Below are positions 45,968 to 48,917 of a stretch of DNA of 48,917 nucleotides, piece by piece. Numbering within the stretch: position 1 is the first letter of the stretch; the number at the start of each line of letters is the position of its first letter. Both the position numbers and the translations under genes were made by a program. Under the pieces are notes generated by a model, which saw only the letters and a list, made by a program, of their open reading frames with translations, ran no database searches and had not been told where the DNA came from. The DNA comes from Macrostomum lignano (Eukaryota): positions 1-48,917 of the forward strand of contig NIVC01001140.1 in NCBI GenBank assembly GCA_002269645.1, written 5' to 3'.

Positions 45968-47013
45968 ATGGCGCTTCAACTGAGACTGTTCTTTGCCAAA
46001 GCAACTTTTATCTGCTGCTTCGCTGTTTTTATAGCAACAGGTAAGTCATTGGATCATGGTGCATGAGTTACCCTTGTGTACGTCAGGAAGTCTGTTTTCC
46101 TTTCCTTTGTGCCAGTGCTGGCAACCAGGTCACACATGTGCCAGTGTCAGGGCCTGATTGACACCTGTGCCACACCATGGTGACCAGGTCACACATGTGC
46201 CAGTGTCAGGGCCTGATTGACACCTGTGCCACACCACGGTGACCAGGTCACACATGTGCCAGTGTCAGGGCCTGATTGACACCTGTGTCACACCACGGTG
46301 ATCAGGTCACACATGTTGTGCCAGTGTTAGCTAGGGTCTGATTGACGCCTGTGTCACACCACGGTGACCAGGTCACACATGTGCCAGTGTCAGGGCCTGA
46401 TTGACACCTGTGCCACACCATGGTGACCAGGTCACACATGTGCCAGTGTCAGGGCCTGATTGACACCTGTGCCACACCATGGTGACCAGGTCACACATGT
46501 GCCAGTGTCAGGGCCTGATTGACACCTGTGCCACACCACGGTGACCAGGTCACACATGTGCCAGTGTCAGGGCCTGATTGACACCTGTGCCACAACACGG
46601 TGACCAGGTCACACATGTGCCAGTGTCAGGGCCTGATTGACGTCTGTGCCACACCACGGTGACCAGTTCTTGTGCAAGTGCCTGGGCAAAGGGACAATTT
46701 GCCTCATCATTTACCTCAATTCACGAGAGAGCATACTCGTACTTTTCAGCCATACCCTCCCACCTTTCCCACAGTCGCATATGGGAAGTCGAGCGAAGAG
46801 GAAAAGAATATTTCTGAAGCTTGGAGGACTCCGGTGCACTTGCTTTTCTGCCGCCACGGCAACCACTCACGGGGCAATCAAATTGTTGGTCATGTTTTCT
46901 TCCGTCCCCCACCAGCGCCGCCGAAATGGAAGCTGTGGCGCCTGCTGGTTCGCCTGGTCTGTCTGGACTCACTGAGCCACAGCCTGAAAGCTCACGTGGA
47001 GCTGCCGACATAC
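45968..47013 (+). CDS. Putative secreted protein, first two exons; may continue
   Basis: Exon 45968-46040 (MALQLRLFFAKATFICCFAVFIAT, donor G|GTAAGT) joins exon 46775-47013 in phase 1, giving a signal peptide ending VAYG. A possible donor GTGAGA lies at 47014. No homology recognised. Confidence 0.5.
46125..46665. repeat. Intronic 59 bp palindrome-rich tandem repeat
   Basis: About 9 copies; unit contains gtgacc-a-ggtcac, cacatgtg, gtgtca..tgacac and caccatggtg. Confidence 0.95.
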
Positions 47014-47334
47014 GTGAGAGCATTTGGCGCTGCTGTAGCCTCGACTTCATGGCTCTGAGTGCAATTTGAGAACTTTTTTCCAATTTATCACAAGTACCAC
47101 TGATAGAGAGAGAATATACCATTTCAAAACAATGCGCTTAAATTTTGGGCTCAATATTTGAAGGCTCCTGATCAAATGCATGCACACACGCGCGGATACT
47201 GTACGCAGGCACGCGCTCACACAGGGTGTACAGCAGCCCTGAGGGGCTTCTAGTCGAGTACACTCTGTCTGTGCCTTGGGAGTTGGCCAAAATTAATGCT
47301 GGCCTTGCACGGAATAGAACCAGGAAGTCTGAGG

Positions 47335-48237
<903 letters not shown>

Positions 48238-48680
48238 GTGGGCACCTCCAATCTCAGGCACTGACACGGTAGAAAGGACTGAATAAAGTCAGTTAAGTTG
48301 AGTTGCCGATATTTCGAAATTATTATATTTCTTCGTCAGGGCAAGTGAAAAGTAGCGACAAGTGGCGTTGTAAAAGTTTTTAAATAGGCGGGTTAGAAGG
48401 GAGAGAGAGTAGACAGGTGGTTAGATAGCGTACGGTAAGTATGTACACTTGGTGAGTCGATAAAACACTATTAGACTTAAAAATGCAAATTAACTGAATC
48501 AGTGCACAAATAAAGTGAACGCACGTGGTCTGCATCGAGCCTACACGCGAATATTGGAGCGGTGCAGCTGCACACTCCATGCTTTGGGAGTTGGCCCTCA
48601 TGGGTGTGAATCGCACGACAACCCTCCGGCCAATGTTGGCCGTGAATGGACTCGAACCAGGAAGTCGTGGCGGCGAGAGC

Positions 48681-48683
<3 letters not shown>

Positions 48684-48758
<75 letters not shown>
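48684..48758. repeat. (GA)n microsatellite
   Basis: Direct inspection. Confidence 0.98.
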
Positions 48759-48761
<3 letters not shown>

Positions 48762-48917
48762 TTTACAAGCCGCTGATAGGAGAACCAACCCCATTTGCAT
48801 AATACACTTTATGCCTTATTTATTAACTTTTATGAATTTTTTATGAATTCAATTTATGAAAGCGAATCAAACACTTGCAGCTGAGTTCCGTGAGCAACTC
48901 GTCAGGCTTCGCTATGC

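Overview
Eukaryotic (animal) genomic DNA with GC-rich exons and AT-rich or minisatellite-filled introns. The style resembles the free-living flatworm Macrostomum lignano; this is an inference, not tested. Gene models were built by hand from the ORF track plus GT..AG and phase checks. + strand: 3' part of DGAT1 (four apparent 1-bp deletions); MRPL46 (no genomic ATG found); ferrochelatase; a three-exon gene encoding one ~1283-aa protein with three tandem WW-less PCIF1/CAPAM-type N6-adenine methyltransferase domains; a 13-exon CARMIL/LRRC16; a small 4-TM protein; and the start of a secreted protein. - strand: a Cys-rich secreted orphan and an FGD-like DH-PH-FYVE-PH RhoGEF. About 25 unrelated tandem repeats account for most long ORFs in the track. 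The main leads are the triple PCIF1-like methyltransferase (homogenised exons, one divergent terminal module, intron present in only two of three modules), a possible spliced-leader-supplied AUG for MRPL46 within an operon-like cluster, RFX X-boxes at 37.7-38.9 kb with no assigned gene, and a small dispersed hairpin element.
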